This document shows positions 1-12,820 of a stretch of 64,000 bases of DNA, one piece after another. The position numbers and the translations under genes are program-made. Below the pieces are notes generated by a model that saw only the letters and a list, made by a program, of their open reading frames with translations, did not search any database and was not told the DNA's origin. The DNA comes from Octopus vulgaris. Its lineage: Eukaryota. How positions within the stretch are numbered: the stretch's first letter is position 1; each line of letters starts with the position of its first letter. Location of the stretch: contig OX597826.1 in the NCBI GenBank assembly GCA_951406725.2, positions 77,376,001-77,440,000 of the forward strand, given 5' to 3'.

Positions 1-207
1 TCAAGTCATAAGAGCACCTTACACCTATTTTGAACCCAATTTTTACAACCTATTATTTATTACTTTGTGTGCTTCGAGATTCACTGTTCCCCAAAAAGTT
101 TATTTTATATTCTCTCAAAAGTTTCTAAGTTCTTATGACGGCAACAATATATATGCATTTTATAGACTTATAAACATACTCTCTGACAAGTAGACACACA
201 CACACAG

Positions 208-370
208 GTCGACTAAGTACCAGTTGCGTACTGGGGTCGATCTAACCGACTGGCTCTCTCCGCCTAAATTTCGGGCCTTGTGCCTAGATTAGAAAAGAAG
301 ACTTTGCCTTTTATGTCTCCCAAGTCTATAAAATAAACACCTGTCGAGGACGCAGGTGTATGTAATCAAC
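208..370 (+). mobile_element. Fragments of SINE family B (Meta-like central domain)
   Basis: AAGTACCAGTTGCGTACTGGGGTCGATCTAACCGACT and GACTTTGCCTTT match the full copies at 22268 and 59212. Confidence 0.6.
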
Positions 371-490
371 TCCCCTCCTCCAATTACCATTTTTTCTCTA
401 TCATATGTAAACCCCAACACTTTACGCTTGCCTTTGTATTGTCCCTCTCATCCTTCACCCTGGTGGTGGCAAATAAATGAAATCATTATT

Positions 491-988
491 ATTGTGTGAG
501 AGAGCATTGCATGCCATCAAAGTGACACTGGGGTACAAATATACAAAGCCCAGTATACCCATCATGACAACCCGTTTTATAAGGGTACACCAGGTACGTG
601 CATTACAACCATATGTGCGCGTCATGATGATCTCATATCAAGATAAACAGCGCATGACCTTGCAAGTGGGGGCCAGTTAGAATTTTCTTCTGGAGGAGTA
701 GCATATCCCGCTCAAAAGGTCCCTGAATAAGGGTTGTTTAAGAATGTTGAACGAAACACCCACTTTTCTAGAAGTGAATTATCCAAAACTCAGACAGTTC
801 CTCTCAACACACGGTTATGATACTCCCCAACTACTTCTGTTCGAGATCAAATATGCGTATATCGTCAGTTACCAAGAGACATGCTCAACTAGTTACGGTC
901 AAACAACTGACAAGCAAATCTGTGGTATTGAGCAGAATATTTGCTGTAGCCCATCTTTTCGCCAGCACCTGGTACTGCATCAGGGCTT
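491..988. mobile_element. Non-coding dispersed repeat next to an (ATT)n tract, probably a non-autonomous partner of R4/Dong
   Basis: Reverse-complement homologue at 24343-24770 and same-strand fragment at 22145-22255; the two long copies end in (ATT)n/(AAT)n. Confidence 0.65.
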
Positions 989-1029
989 ATTATTATCATT
1001 ATTGTTATTTATTATTATTATTATTATTC

Positions 1030-1312
1030 AGTAGTTCTATGTTTAACACGTGTTTTCACTGCCCTCCAAAGCACAGCTCTGTGTTCCTTGCTCTTATTTT
1101 TACTGTATTGAAAGTGTTTTACGTAGGATGTGTGCGGTGCATTGTAGTGCTACTTTCTGTATGTTATATATTTTTCGTTAGTCCTGGTGTTTTTGTTATG
1201 TATTTGTCTGAATATTTTTTATCATACCTAATGCTCCTACTTTGATAGGAATTGTTTCTGTTTTTAGACTCCACATTCAAGTTACCTCTATTCCCAGATC
1301 TTTGTATTTTTA
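1030..1312 (-). mobile_element. R4/Dong-type LINE 3' end (restriction-like endonuclease C-terminus)
   Basis: Minus frames read approximately KYKDL..MWSLKTETIPIKVGALGMIK...IYNIQKVALQCTAHILRKTLSIQ*, the same C-terminal pattern as the 20160 element; abuts (ATT)n at 988-1028. Confidence 0.75.
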
Positions 1313-1695
1313 TCGTTTCGGGGCCGATAAATCAGTACCAGTGAAACCCTTACCCAAATTTCAGGCCTTGTGCCTATAGTAGAAAATATTATTATTATTA
1401 TTATTACTTAAAACAGTTTGATTTGACTATGCAACTTAGTTTTGTAATATGTGTAAGTATTAAGAGAGAGAGGTGGGGGGTCAGGTAGATAGATAGATAG
1501 ATGTTCGAAGAGAGGAAAGGAGGGAAAAGCTCCATACACGTTTGCAAAATGCTTATGTCCACATGTTTGTGTGTGTGTTTGAGAGATTGAATGAGTGAGT
1601 GTGTGTGTGTGTGTAAGGGTGTATAAGTGTGTCTGTGTGTGATGGTCGCTCCTATCAATTTCGACGTATGTTTGAAGGAGGGGGAAGTGTCTGTG

Positions 1696-1699
<4 letters not shown>

Positions 1700-1730
<31 letters not shown>

Positions 1731-1940
1731 GAAGAAAGGAAGGGGGAGGGAGGGAGGAAGAGAAGAAAAGAAAAAAGGAAGACAGGAAGAAAGAAAGAAA
1801 GGAAGGAAGGAACGAACGAAGGAAGAGAGAAAGGAAGGAAGACAGATGAAGAGGAAGGAAAGAAGGAGAAAGAGAGAGAAAAAGGAGGGAGAGAAAGAGA
1901 GAGAGAAAGGGAGGGAGAGAGAGAGAGGTAGTGGGAGAGA
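1700..1940. repeat. Polypurine (GA)n/(GGAA)n tract
   Basis: Almost pure A/G on the plus strand; explains ORFs 1404-1958, 1627-1947 and 1655-1951. Confidence 0.9.
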
Positions 1941-2614
1941 TCGTTGATCATAAAGCATGGACTAAACGGCCAAATAACAGCAATAAAGTGAATTGAAATT
2001 TGAGCGAGTCAAGATCTGTGAAACTGTAGACACCGATCTCTCCCTCTGGTGGTGGCCGGCCGTCTAGTGCAACATTAAAAACTGGATTACACCAGACATT
2101 AAAATAGCGAACAAAAACCATCCTGTCGCCATTGCTACTTGTCAAGAGTTCGATCCTTCAAAGACATCGTATCTGTCAAATGATGGTCTTGTCGAAATCG
2201 TGATCGATGATCAACCGTTCCGGATGAGAAAATTTGATGTGGATCAGAATACATCTCTTCAGTTGACGACGAATAACAAACAACCCGTATTTATTGTTGG
2301 TGTTGTTGTTGTTATTGATGAAGATGATATTGCAGGTAATTGAGATGTGCTCTTGGTGTTGGTGTTACGGTTGCTGTTTCAATAAGTTTTATCATTGCAC
2401 ATTGATATTACACCCACCGTCGTCGTCGTCGGCTGTCCGGTTTAGGTCCACGTTGACTGTTTTATTCAGAAACCATCTCCAACACAAATCGTCTGCAAAT
2501 ATCGATGACGTCTGCTGCAGGTGAGGCTACTTGACGCAAAGCAGAAGCGACACCTTTCAGGTGCTCTTTCCTATTCTCTCTGTTGTTTCTCTTCAATGGC
2601 TGGAATTATGAACT

Positions 2615-2667
2615 TCAGCAACCAGTGCCGTTCATCATGCCGTACGGCCTTGGCATTTTCCCAGACA
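2615..2667 (-). CDS. Possible coding part of a terminal exon (phase 1: xSGKMPRPYGMMNGTGC*)
   Basis: AG at 2669-2668 after a (TG)n tract, followed by about 700 bp of unique, UTR-like sequence; no homology recognised. Confidence 0.2.
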
Positions 2668-2701
2668 CTACACATATATTCACAAACACAAGCACTCACA
2701 T

Positions 2702-2779
<78 letters not shown>

Positions 2780-2871
2780 TATTATAACTTTTAGGGAATA
2801 TTACAGGAAAAAGACATTCAAATTAGATGTACTAAAATGAACATCTCTCCATGTTTAATTCGTATATATAA

Positions 2872-3014
2872 AAGTGATTGTTGAGACAGAACCACCTTCA
2901 ACTCAATCGATACCGAAAGATGTTATACCCGATCACTCCATAAATGGAGTGGTCAGGTATAAAATCTTGCAGTGGTGATTGAGTTGAAGGTGGTTCAGTC
3001 TCTAAAATTACTCT
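2872..3014. repeat. Imperfect fold-back palindrome flanked by short TA runs
   Basis: GAGACAGAACCACCTTCAACTCAATC...ATCACTCCAT pairs with ATGGAGTGGT...GATTGAGTTGAAGGTGGTTCAGTCTC; centre near 2942. Confidence 0.85.
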
Positions 3015-3081
3015 TATATATATATATCTAGCATTGCAGCGTGGTGCATATATGTGGGTGTGTGTATACATATATGTGTAC

Positions 3082-3360
3082 CATTGCAGCGTGGAAGATG
3101 TTTATAAGCCATTTGAAAACACATAAAAACCATTAGATTCACTTCAACATTTAAATTTAATTTGCCAAAATATTTTCGTCGCTTTGAAACCGCGACCTTT
3201 CCACTGAGGAAATTTCGTGCTGCATCTCAAATTTTGTCAGTGAGCAGGTCGCGGTTTCAAATCGATGAAAATATTTTGAGAAATTAAATTTAAATGTTGA
3301 AGCGAATCTAACGGTTTTTATGTTTTTAAATGGCTTATAAACACCTTCCACGCTGCGATG
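3082..3360. repeat. Fold-back element with arms of about 134 bp and a 13-nt spacer
   Basis: Arms 3082-3215 and 3229-3360 are reverse complements; a single-arm relative lies at 41213-41355. Confidence 0.9.
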
Positions 3361-3391
<31 letters not shown>

Positions 3392-4464
3392 TATATGGAT
3401 ACAGGACGTCACCACTTATAAACATGAAACACGAAAACAAACAAGTTAAATATTCAAACAAGAGAGAGACAAAAATGGAAAGTAGGACAAGTAACTACAG
3501 AGAACGACCCTTCATCAGTTGTCGGCTGTCTGTCTGCTTCTCATTTCGAGCATTCACTGGTATTTAGTACTTTAGCTCCGTTATTCCGTTCAAGACGGGA
3601 CTATTAACAAAAATTATCTATTTAATATGCATATATAAATGCGTGTGTGTGTTTGTGTGCGAGCTTGTGTATTTGGTTGTGCGTATATAAATGTGTATCT
3701 GTTTCAAGTAGGGGGCGCTTTTTACTCCCTATCTGATAAAATGACGTAGCATGATTCAGTATAAAGGTAGATAATCAATACCTGTCACAGCGCCCCCTCG
3801 TTTACCTTGAGTACAAGATGAATATTTTCTATTGTTTATCTATATGGGACTATGTGTCTACGTTTATGCGTGTATATGTATTACTATTGATTGAGTGTGT
3901 GTGAGTTATATATATATTTGTACGTGTCTATGAGTCTACATGTGTGTGTATGTGTGTATTGCCTGCATGTCTGCGAGTGTGTGTGCGTTTCGTTGTTTTC
4001 GATGTTGCTGTTGTTGATGTTACTGAGATGGCTGTCGTTTTTGTAGTTGTTGTTGTTGCTGCTGCTTTTACAAACGAAATTATTTATAATGCTCGAAATA
4101 TGCAAGGACACACTGATACACACAATGACATGCACATACGTATGCGTACACGCACACTCACTCACACACGCGTGCGCGCTCGCAGAAGCACACATACACG
4201 TATGTACGCACACACATACACACGTTGCTTACATTTAACCAGATAAGCTAGTCTACAAATTTATAACGAAAAAAATACAAAAAATATATCCCACCATCAT
4301 CATCATCATCATAATTATCACTGCCCTCGACTTCCCCATCTTCGCCATTACCCCCGCCACCAGCGTCATTAGCATTACAATCGTTCTCCTCCTCCTTTTC
4401 ACGACCACCACCATCATCATCATAATCATCATTGTCATCATCATCTGACACTGGCGCGGTGTAT

Positions 4465-4870
4465 AGGCGAGGCGTGGCTGTGTGGTAAGAAGTTTGCTTC
4501 CCATTCCCAACCTCATGATTCCAGGTTCAGTCCCACTGCATGGTACCTTGGGCAAATGTCCTTCACAGTGGCCTCGAGCTGACCAAAGCCCTATGAGTGG
4601 ATTTGGTAGACGGAAACTGAAAGAAGGCCGTCGCATAAATATATGTTTTGTGTGTGGCTTTGTGTCTGTGTTTCTTGGCCGTTACCGCTTGACAACCAGT
4701 GTTGGTGTGATCACATCCCCGTAACTTAGCAGTTCGGTGGAGAAGACCGATAAAATAAGTATCAGGCTTAAAAACAAAATAAGTACTGTGGTCGATTCGT
4801 TTGACAAAAATTCTCCAAAGAGATGCTCCAGCATGGCCGCAGTCCAATGACTGACAGAAGTAAAAGATAA
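4465..4870 (+). mobile_element. SINE family A (tRNA-derived head, CORE-like domain)
   Basis: Head with A-box-like GTGGCTGTGTGGTAAG, B-box-like GGTTCAGTCCC and CORE-like CCTTGGGCAAATGTC; about 15 related copies in the window. Confidence 0.9.
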
Positions 4871-5389
4871 ACGAGGAACGATATACGATTACATCATCGT
4901 TGTCACCCCGGTCGCTCTCTTCCGCCAGACGACACGATCGCTCATCTTGCTAGAAATGACAGCGAAATCATCTAAACAACATTCCCTGTTGTCCTAAAAC
5001 AAACCCCACCATCGTCTCCATCAGTTTCAAGCAGTTTCATCATCATCATCGTCACGAATACCATCATGATAACACCGTCAATAATATCCCTAGGGACATT
5101 CGCTCTCATATTTATGCATGTATCGTTGTTATTATGTTAAACTGTCGTATGTCCAAATTTGGCCAAATGCGTTTTGTTTTCGATATATATTTTTGCTTGC
5201 AATAGCCGGTTGTTTTGGTCAAACTATCGTATCTCCAGCTGCTTCAGGTGCCAAGATATCAAAAATTGTTAAAGTGTAATACAACGGTTTTGCTATGGTA
5301 TGGTGAAACGATTTTTTTCGTTTTCTGAAAAAAAAAGCATCGTTTCGGACTTACGACACTTTTGCATAATAGCAACAGTATGTATAAGC

Positions 5390-5422
<33 letters not shown>

Positions 5423-5444
5423 CACACGCATACCGGTAGGTAGG

Positions 5445-5514
<70 letters not shown>

Positions 5515-5521
5515 CATGGAT

Positions 5522-5564
<43 letters not shown>

Positions 5565-6803
5565 AAAGTAGAAAATCAAAAGTACATAGTTTGGCAAGAA
5601 CTGAAGCGGACATTTAGTTTAGTTATATAATAAAAGGTTTAGATAGACATTTGACAGCTGTTCTCTAGAATATTCCAGCCATTGGAAAACCGTGTCGAGC
5701 GAGGATTCCATGGGCTGGGTATTTCATCATCAGAAATGGATAGGTTACAAATATGTAACAGTGGAAAATACTACTGTAACAATGGATATATAGTGAATAT
5801 ATACCTTGTCAAGTCTTGCCAAACTATTTTCCTTTTCTTTTCTGCTTTAATTTATACCTACCCGCTCAGAGAGAAGCCACTTCTAGCCGCTTTAGAAAGG
5901 CAGTCGCAAAATCACATCTTCAGCTGCAATTCAAACCGGAATTTTAATTTTGTGCAACCCAGCTTCTGAATTCTGGTACTTAAGCAGTTAGTATCGTATT
6001 TCCGTGTTCCAATAGGTTTAATTCGTAATCTAAATATATATTACCGATAAAGGAGCTTACAGATTTCTCATCAGTTTTGACCTTGACGTTTTCTCTGCCA
6101 CCTTATCTTTGCATCTGCTGGGTAACTGATTTCTTTGACAGCTTTGTTATATTTGTCTTTAACTGAGATATTGACAGGTACATTCCCTTAGTATCTAATC
6201 ATGAGTGATTACGCCCTTCACCCCATATAGCTTTTACAGTTGTGGCCTCGGGATCACCCGCACAACCGATCTCGTTGTGTGATGTTCAAATCACATGAAT
6301 GTACGTTTTTACATTAGTTTGTATACGTGTGTATGTTGCGTGTGGGTGCGTGTGCGTGCGTACTCTGATGACAAGAGGTTGGTTGGTTAGTCTGTAGTCT
6401 TTACACATATTGTTTTCTATTGTATTGATACTATTGTCAAACAATTACTTCATTAAATACGACTGAATAGAATTTCACCAAATTGTATGATGCCATATTC
6501 CATTGTCTATGGCGTGTTTGTGTTGTTTGGTAGCCGAGTCGTCAAACTTTTCCGAATGTTTATACCTGCAAATACGATGATTCATATTCACACATATGCA
6601 CACACGCATTCCTGTTGCATAGATATGATTTTCTGTTATACTTGTTTGACGTGCATCTATGTATATCTTTATGTGTGCATATGTGTGTATATATGTATGT
6701 GTGTATATATGTATGTGTGTATATGTGAGTATAAATATATATATATATATATATTGTTAGATTTCGGAATGGTCATATTGCCAGTTTAGCCAAATATTTA
6801 AAC

Positions 6804-6858
<55 letters not shown>

Positions 6859-6863
<5 letters not shown>

Positions 6864-7209
6864 TTAGAGATAAAACCACTATTAGGCAAATCAAACAATG
6901 AAAAACATAAGCCAATACATAAAATTAATTTATTTATATTATTTTAAATATATATCAAAAGTATTAAAAATTCTATAAAAGATAAGGAGTAAAACACTAC
7001 GATCGTTTCATGGCTGTACAATTCGTAATAATTCGAATTATGGTTACAGTCAATCTTCAGGTTAATTGAAATATTTATCTTAGCGAGGTTTAGCAATTTA
7101 ATATATAATATAATATAATATAATATAATATATTTTACTATAAAATTGGATTCAATCCTAAATCTGATTTTTCCCTGTAAGTTTGGATTTATTCCCTAAT
7201 ATTTTATTA

Positions 7210-7212
<3 letters not shown>
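6859..7212 (-). mobile_element. Short AT-rich element embedded in (TA)n, carrying a hammerhead motif (probable PLE derivative)
   Basis: Bounded by (TA)n at 6805-6858 and 7213-7272; a similar terminus (AAATTAGA..CAC) follows a TA run at about 24828. Confidence 0.6.
6995..7063 (-). ncRNA. Minimal type-I hammerhead ribozyme motif
   Basis: Minus strand: AAC-CUGAAGA-UUGACUGUA...UACAGCCAU-GAAA-CGAUCG-UA-GUG; stem III is the palindrome ACGAUCGU. Confidence 0.65.
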
Positions 7213-7272
<60 letters not shown>

Positions 7273-7275
<3 letters not shown>

Positions 7276-7515
7276 ACTCTCTCGTCGTTAGAAGACGTAT
7301 GAGGGTTCGACAACTTCTTACGGAACAGTCACACAGATGATTTGTGTAGACATAAGCTCATTCCTTCCATCAGATCGACATTACCTGTACAGGTGCAACT
7401 GGGTGCCACATGGCAGGTATCGAAGTGATCGCAGAGCAACGTGAAATGAAGTGCTTTGCTCAAGAACACAATGCAACGATCTCGCAATCGTATGTGCAAC
7501 ACGCTAACGCCTTCA
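7273..7515 (-). mobile_element. SINE family C copy (decayed)
   Basis: GAGCAACGTGAAATGAAGTGCTTTGCTCAAGAACACAATGCA is the reverse complement of the core of the 25426 copy. Confidence 0.75.
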
Positions 7516-9119
7516 CACATACACACACACACGTATATATATATATATATATACACACACACATTATTGTGATGTAAGCATGATGTACCCAGGTATGCTG
7601 TGTGTACAGCCTCAATTCGATCATGCTACATTACGCAAATCTCGACTCCCCAGGCTTGCCAAATGAATGTGCAAGAAGTGACTTGTTGATTGATAAACAG
7701 ATCATCAACAAGTGAAACTTCCAATCAGAGTAACCAACATTTAAGAAATGCAAAGTGATTGAGATTATAACCTGTTAATGATCGTGATGGGTAGCAGAAT
7801 GAGGTTGTAAACTAAACAATAGTTAAAAGGCATTTCTATTTTAAAGATATCATTAGCAGCCTCGCTCATAAAGGCTAATATTGGCAAAACGTGCAGAAAG
7901 CAGGCGCCAAGATTGGCATTTGACCCAATCGAAACATATTTTTGTTTAAAAAAAACATTGCTGTGTGATATTGTTTCGTAGATTGAGGAGTAACATGGTT
8001 GATAAATTCCAGTGTTACTCAATCATTTACTTAATTCACTTTCATCAAAGTGTTCCGATTAATTATTGCAGAACCCATAGAAAGCTAACTTAATGAATCG
8101 AAATCAAGTTAATTACGATTCAGAGAATATAATTTAAGGAAAAGAAGGAGGGGAATGGAAAGTAAAAGAAAAGGAAAATGACTAATATATATAATTATAG
8201 TTATAACCTATAAATAAATAGAAACAGATAAAACAAATAGAGAAATGTTCACCACATCGACAGGAAGACAATGACATAAACAAATGACGGTGTACACTAG
8301 ACTAATGAAAATAGTTTTGGCAATAATCAGTGTCAACATAAAGATATGAATTAGTTGAATATTTCAAATTTGATTTCAAATTGTGACACAAGGCCAACGT
8401 TTAGAGGAATCAGTTATTTAGCTAAAATGAAGTTACGAATTGGAAGGCTAGAAATAGAGAAGGAAAGTCAGAAATGTCCAATAAAATAACCGAAATTAAC
8501 AAGAATCAATATTTTCACAGAATATTTGAGAAAAATCAAATTCGTTAAAATCATGTAGGTTCAGTTGATGAGTTAGATCACAAGTGTAATAATTCAAAAT
8601 TATGGGGAGTATTAAGATTGTTACAAGAATTTGTGAGAATTATAAAGAACTATAAAGGCCTTGGAAATTAATGAATATTAAAAGAATTTATCGGATTAAA
8701 ACAAATTATAGAAAATTATAAGGAAGGGTGAAGCAAATATTATAAAGGTAAAAGGGAAGAAAATAGAAAAAAAATTGAATGAAATTATTAGATCAAATTA
8801 GTCATCGGTATCTGTCGATGGGTAGATTAAGGGTAGACACAGACACACACGGACGGATGGACAGTAAAACAGAGAGACAGACAGATTAATAGGTAAATAA
8901 AATTAAATACATACTATATGGGTGTGTTTGTAAATATACAGGCACCTTGAATTTTTGCTGACAGACTCTTCCCATCCAAATTATTGTTATGATACTGTAG
9001 AAAATATTTTCCAAAGGTAAGATAATTTACCTGTTCAAATGAAATTAAAATGCAATTGTTAACTCGGACAATTGCTTGAATTAAAAGTATTTTCTCCTAA
9101 ATAGTAACTTATTATTTAA

Positions 9120-9335
9120 CCCTTTCGTTTTTAAGCAGGCCATGACTATCCCAAATATTCTACCGGTTTTACGTTCGAAAGGCTGCGTCCGACCTTTTAC
9201 ACTTACCTTACAATGTCATTCTAATAATAAACAATCACATCATCGAAATCTCGAGGCTGCCAGAAATGCGTTTAATTCAAAACTATGTGGATAAATGAGC
9301 GCTATATTGGAGAGAGTAACCTGGATTCTACAGGA
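9120..9335. mobile_element. piggyBac-type MITE (decayed)
   Basis: TTAA-CCCTTT at the left end and degenerate CAGGA-TTAA at the right end, consistent with a TTAA target-site duplication. Confidence 0.55.
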
Positions 9336-9990
9336 TTAACAAACTGTTATCAAAATACCTGATGGTTAGTCATATTACACATAGTAAACCTTATTTCTCC
9401 TATAATCTCTCGTCTGATTGGTAAGGGAGATAATCGTTTTGGCAGAATCATTAGAAACAATTATTTCGTTAGTGAAAGGAATAAAAATAATTTCTGATGC
9501 AGTTAGTTGATGAAATTCTGTTTTCTTTAAATTTTTTTTAGTTGTAGAATCCTTCACATTTGCAGAAAGCTGTTATATCAATCTCAGTTTTTTTATTTTA
9601 CTATTTATTCAGTCATTCTTTCAACAATTTGTCCAGCAGCTGATAGCCAGAGTTGATACGAGTATTAGAGCTTCACTGCTTCGCTGTTCTGTATTCAAAC
9701 TATACTGTGATTGGAGAATTAAGAAAACGAAATATTATTTTTGATTTAACACCCGGCCATCACACACGTACAAATACACACACAAATATATACACATAAA
9801 TGAACCACGCATACACACACACACACACACACACTCTCTCTCTCTCTCTCTCTCTTTTTCTCTCTCTCACTCTCACACACAAGCACACATACACACTCGA
9901 GCACATAACTGCAAAACCCACTGTCGTATTTATTTGAATAGAATTCCTTTTCCACAATTCGAGTTTCTCGCTACAGTAATCATCAGTTCT

Positions 9991-10003
9991 CCACTAGGGG
10001 GCG
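9991..10003 (+). promoter_or_regulatory. CTCF-like motif
   Basis: CCACTAGGGGGCG matches the bilaterian CTCF core CCASYAGRKGGCR in unique AT-rich sequence. Confidence 0.4.
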
Positions 10004-10279
10004 TGTATTTGACAAGGAAGTAATGGCAATATAGATGAGTTTGATTGGAGCTTTATCTATTTAAGAATAGAGAACAGACAATCGATGGAATGACAATACA
10101 CATAACTCAACAGGAACGCTGAACGGTGTGAAGCTTTTCTGGGTTTGAAGGATCCATTAAAGGATTACGTCAATAATAACTTTTGCATTTTTGTTACTCA
10201 GTTCCTTTTATCCTTTCGGATGCGTTGAAACAAGTACCAGTTGAATACAATTTCAGGTCTTGTGCCAATAGTAGAAAAG

Positions 10280-10870
10280 ATTACGTATAAGGGAAAGATG
10301 AGTTGGTCGCTGTTGGAACATACTTTATCTGTAGGACTGATGAATCTTTTGTTTCAGCGAGCCACTGAGGGTTCTGATTTTTCTTCCCGAAAGTAAAAGA
10401 GGTTGTAGTGCATGCTGGTCCATTACACTCACGTAGATTAGGAATCCAGTGATTATGAAGAATGATATCTGTGGTTGCATGAGACCCGAATCTAAACATT
10501 TATACACGGTCTGAAAGTATACTCTCAGAAATTAAAATAACCGAGAGAATGTAGAACAAAGTTTTCTACTGACAATCGCAAACGTTGCGGAACGTTCTGG
10601 AAAAACGTCTTCTGACATAGTCTTGGATCAAAGAAAACTTTATAAATGAAATTTTGTGAACAGGTCCTGTGTGAAAATCTATTGGAGTGACTGTCCTTTT
10701 GTTTGGGTGGTGGTTATAATACAGCGGTTGGTGTTAATGCCTCCAGATTGTCATTTGGATACAATTAAGATTCCACTCTGCCGCAAGCCTTTGGTGGTAT
10801 GTTTATGATTTAAGAATAAATTCTTTTTTTCCTGGACCTAATCAATTGCAAAAGCCCTGCAAAGCATGAT
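10280..10870 (+). pseudogene. Possible highly decayed LTR-retrotransposon integrase remnant
   Basis: Stop-ridden frames LHSRRLGIQ*L*RMISVVA*DPNL and YNTAVGVNASRLSFG weakly resemble the integrase zinc-binding and core C-terminal motifs. Confidence 0.25.
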
Positions 10871-10874
10871 GACC

Positions 10875-11236
10875 TTTTAACTAAATCATTGAGACGCCGT
10901 GGTGATCTCATTCATGCTCACAACATCATAAGCGGAAGGTATAACCTCTCGAAAGAGCTGTTCTTCACTCCTGCTCCAGAACATCGGCTGCGGGGTCACT
11001 CCGAAAAGCTCTATCTGCGACGATCGAAGGAAAGGGGCTTTATCCGTCCGGGTTGCGGACCCGTGGAATAAGCTGCCGGACGAGATAGTAAAGATGCCGA
11101 CGACCGCTCGGTTCAAAGTCTCCCTTGACCACGAGTGGCCTGAACTCTTTACATGAACACCACCCTGTACATAACTCCATGTCCCCCTACATGACCTTGC
11201 TTTTTGCTTTTTGAGCCAAATAATTAATTAATTAAA
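10875..11236 (+). mobile_element. CR1/L2-type LINE 3' end
   Basis: LRRRGDLI...RLRGHSEKL and RVADPWNKLPDEIV...FKVSLD are typical CR1 ORF2 C-terminal motifs; (TAAT)n tail. Confidence 0.85.
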
Positions 11237-11554
11237 AAAAACTAATTGATAATAGGCTTCAATTCGCGACCGAATCGCATCAGGTTTGTTTCTTATATAA
11301 TATTCGTTAGAGAGATAGACGTCGTAACCGACATGACTTTTCTCTGAAACAAATCAATAGAAATACTCAGTCATTGATTGATTCGACTGATTAATGTAAA
11401 CGAAGCAGAATTGTAAACACTTTGATTTTTCTGCTCGGATTAGTCAACATTTGTGAGTTGATTCTAGTTTTATAGGGTTAACTGTGTCCAACAAGATGCT
11501 GTGAATGAGTACACACACACACACACACACGTGCTCGCACACACATCTCTGGTG

Positions 11555-11850
11555 TAAGCGCGTGGCTTAGTGGCTAGGATGTTGCACTCACGATGCGCGA
11601 GATTGTGGACTCGATTCTCAGACTGAGCGTTACAGTTTATTCTTGAAAACAAAAAATCACTTCAGTTCACTTTGCTTCGATACCTGGTGTGTGGCCCATT
11701 TTTTTTACCTCTACAGGTAATGTTGATTTGATGGAGGGAGGGAACTAATGCACAGCACAGGCATTTGATCTCTATAAGCGAATCATTTGTACAGGTTTTG
11801 CAGTAAATGGTTGCGGAAAATTCATCTGTTGTCTACGACAAGGGAATCCA
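11555..11850 (+). mobile_element. SINE family C copy
   Basis: GCGCGTGGCTTAGTGGCTAGG A-box and CTCGATTCTC B-box; homologous to 25426, 56236 and 7273. Confidence 0.75.
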
Positions 11851-12037
11851 CTGTGCACGTATATATATATATATATATATATAATGGTTGAAGACTACAT
11901 CCTACATAAAGGTCTTATAAATATAAGTAACCAGACGACATTCTTTGTTAAACTGAGACCCCCCCACCACCACCACTATTTCCTCTGCTACTCTCTAAAT
12001 TACAGTGGGCTTGATGTGGTATGCAATGTTTTCCAAA

Positions 12038-12079
<42 letters not shown>

Positions 12080-12398
12080 CATGCATACTTATATACGTGT
12101 ACTCTATGTACTAATTATATACTATTTATTTATTACTTCGTACTTTTAGTTCTGGGTAAATGTTTTATCGTATCTTTAATTTCTTTTCTATATGGTATGA
12201 TTTAAGTATATCATTGTTGAATTGCTACATGGTGGTTCTTCTCTAATAAATATATATATATATTCTTATCCAAAGTTAGAGAATAGCTCCTATGTCAATA
12301 AACCATTATCGTTCCTGAAAATTTTCTTATATCTTCTACGAACTGCTCCAAGCTTCTTAGCTTCCTACACGTTGATCCTTGAATTTTACTTTCACTTA

Positions 12399-12433
<35 letters not shown>

Positions 12434-12785
12434 ATGAAAATAAAAATTTTTTTAAGTGACAAAAATTAAAATTCTTAATCGACACAGATTTGACAGCTCC
12501 CTCTACAGATTGCAGAAACCTGCTCAAATTTAACTTAAGACATGTGTCTGCATGAGAATGATAATATATGCACATCTAATTATGTACAAAATTAATTATA
12601 TAAAACATTACTATAGGATAAGTTTTTAACATGAGCATTGACAATTTAAGCAAGCAAGCATAAATGAAATAAACAGGATGATGGTGTGATGTTGTTGTTG
12701 TCTAGTCCTAAGTTAGTTACGCTTGTTTGCGTTGGCCTGCACTCAAGGTTTCTTGACGTAACCGTCCCATTTATTTGTGTACATA

Positions 12786-12820
<35 letters not shown>

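Noticed and set aside
3183-3212. GAAAC...CTGAGGA as a permuted hammerhead
   Set aside because: No UH triplet or stem I, and the other two copies read CTGACAA
3500-3555. Minus-strand GAAA...CTGATGAAGGG in a TA-adjacent element
   Set aside because: Could not build stems I and III around the core
4465-4560. tRNA-like A/B boxes here and at other SINE heads
   Set aside because: They are SINE promoters without a cloverleaf; not called as tRNA genes
6050-6080. Minus-strand CTGATGA-GAAA-TCTG-TA
   Set aside because: No stem II and no stem I pairing; at best a deleted remnant
8040-8800. Strongly A/G-skewed stretch
   Set aside because: No ORF, periodicity or motif I can support
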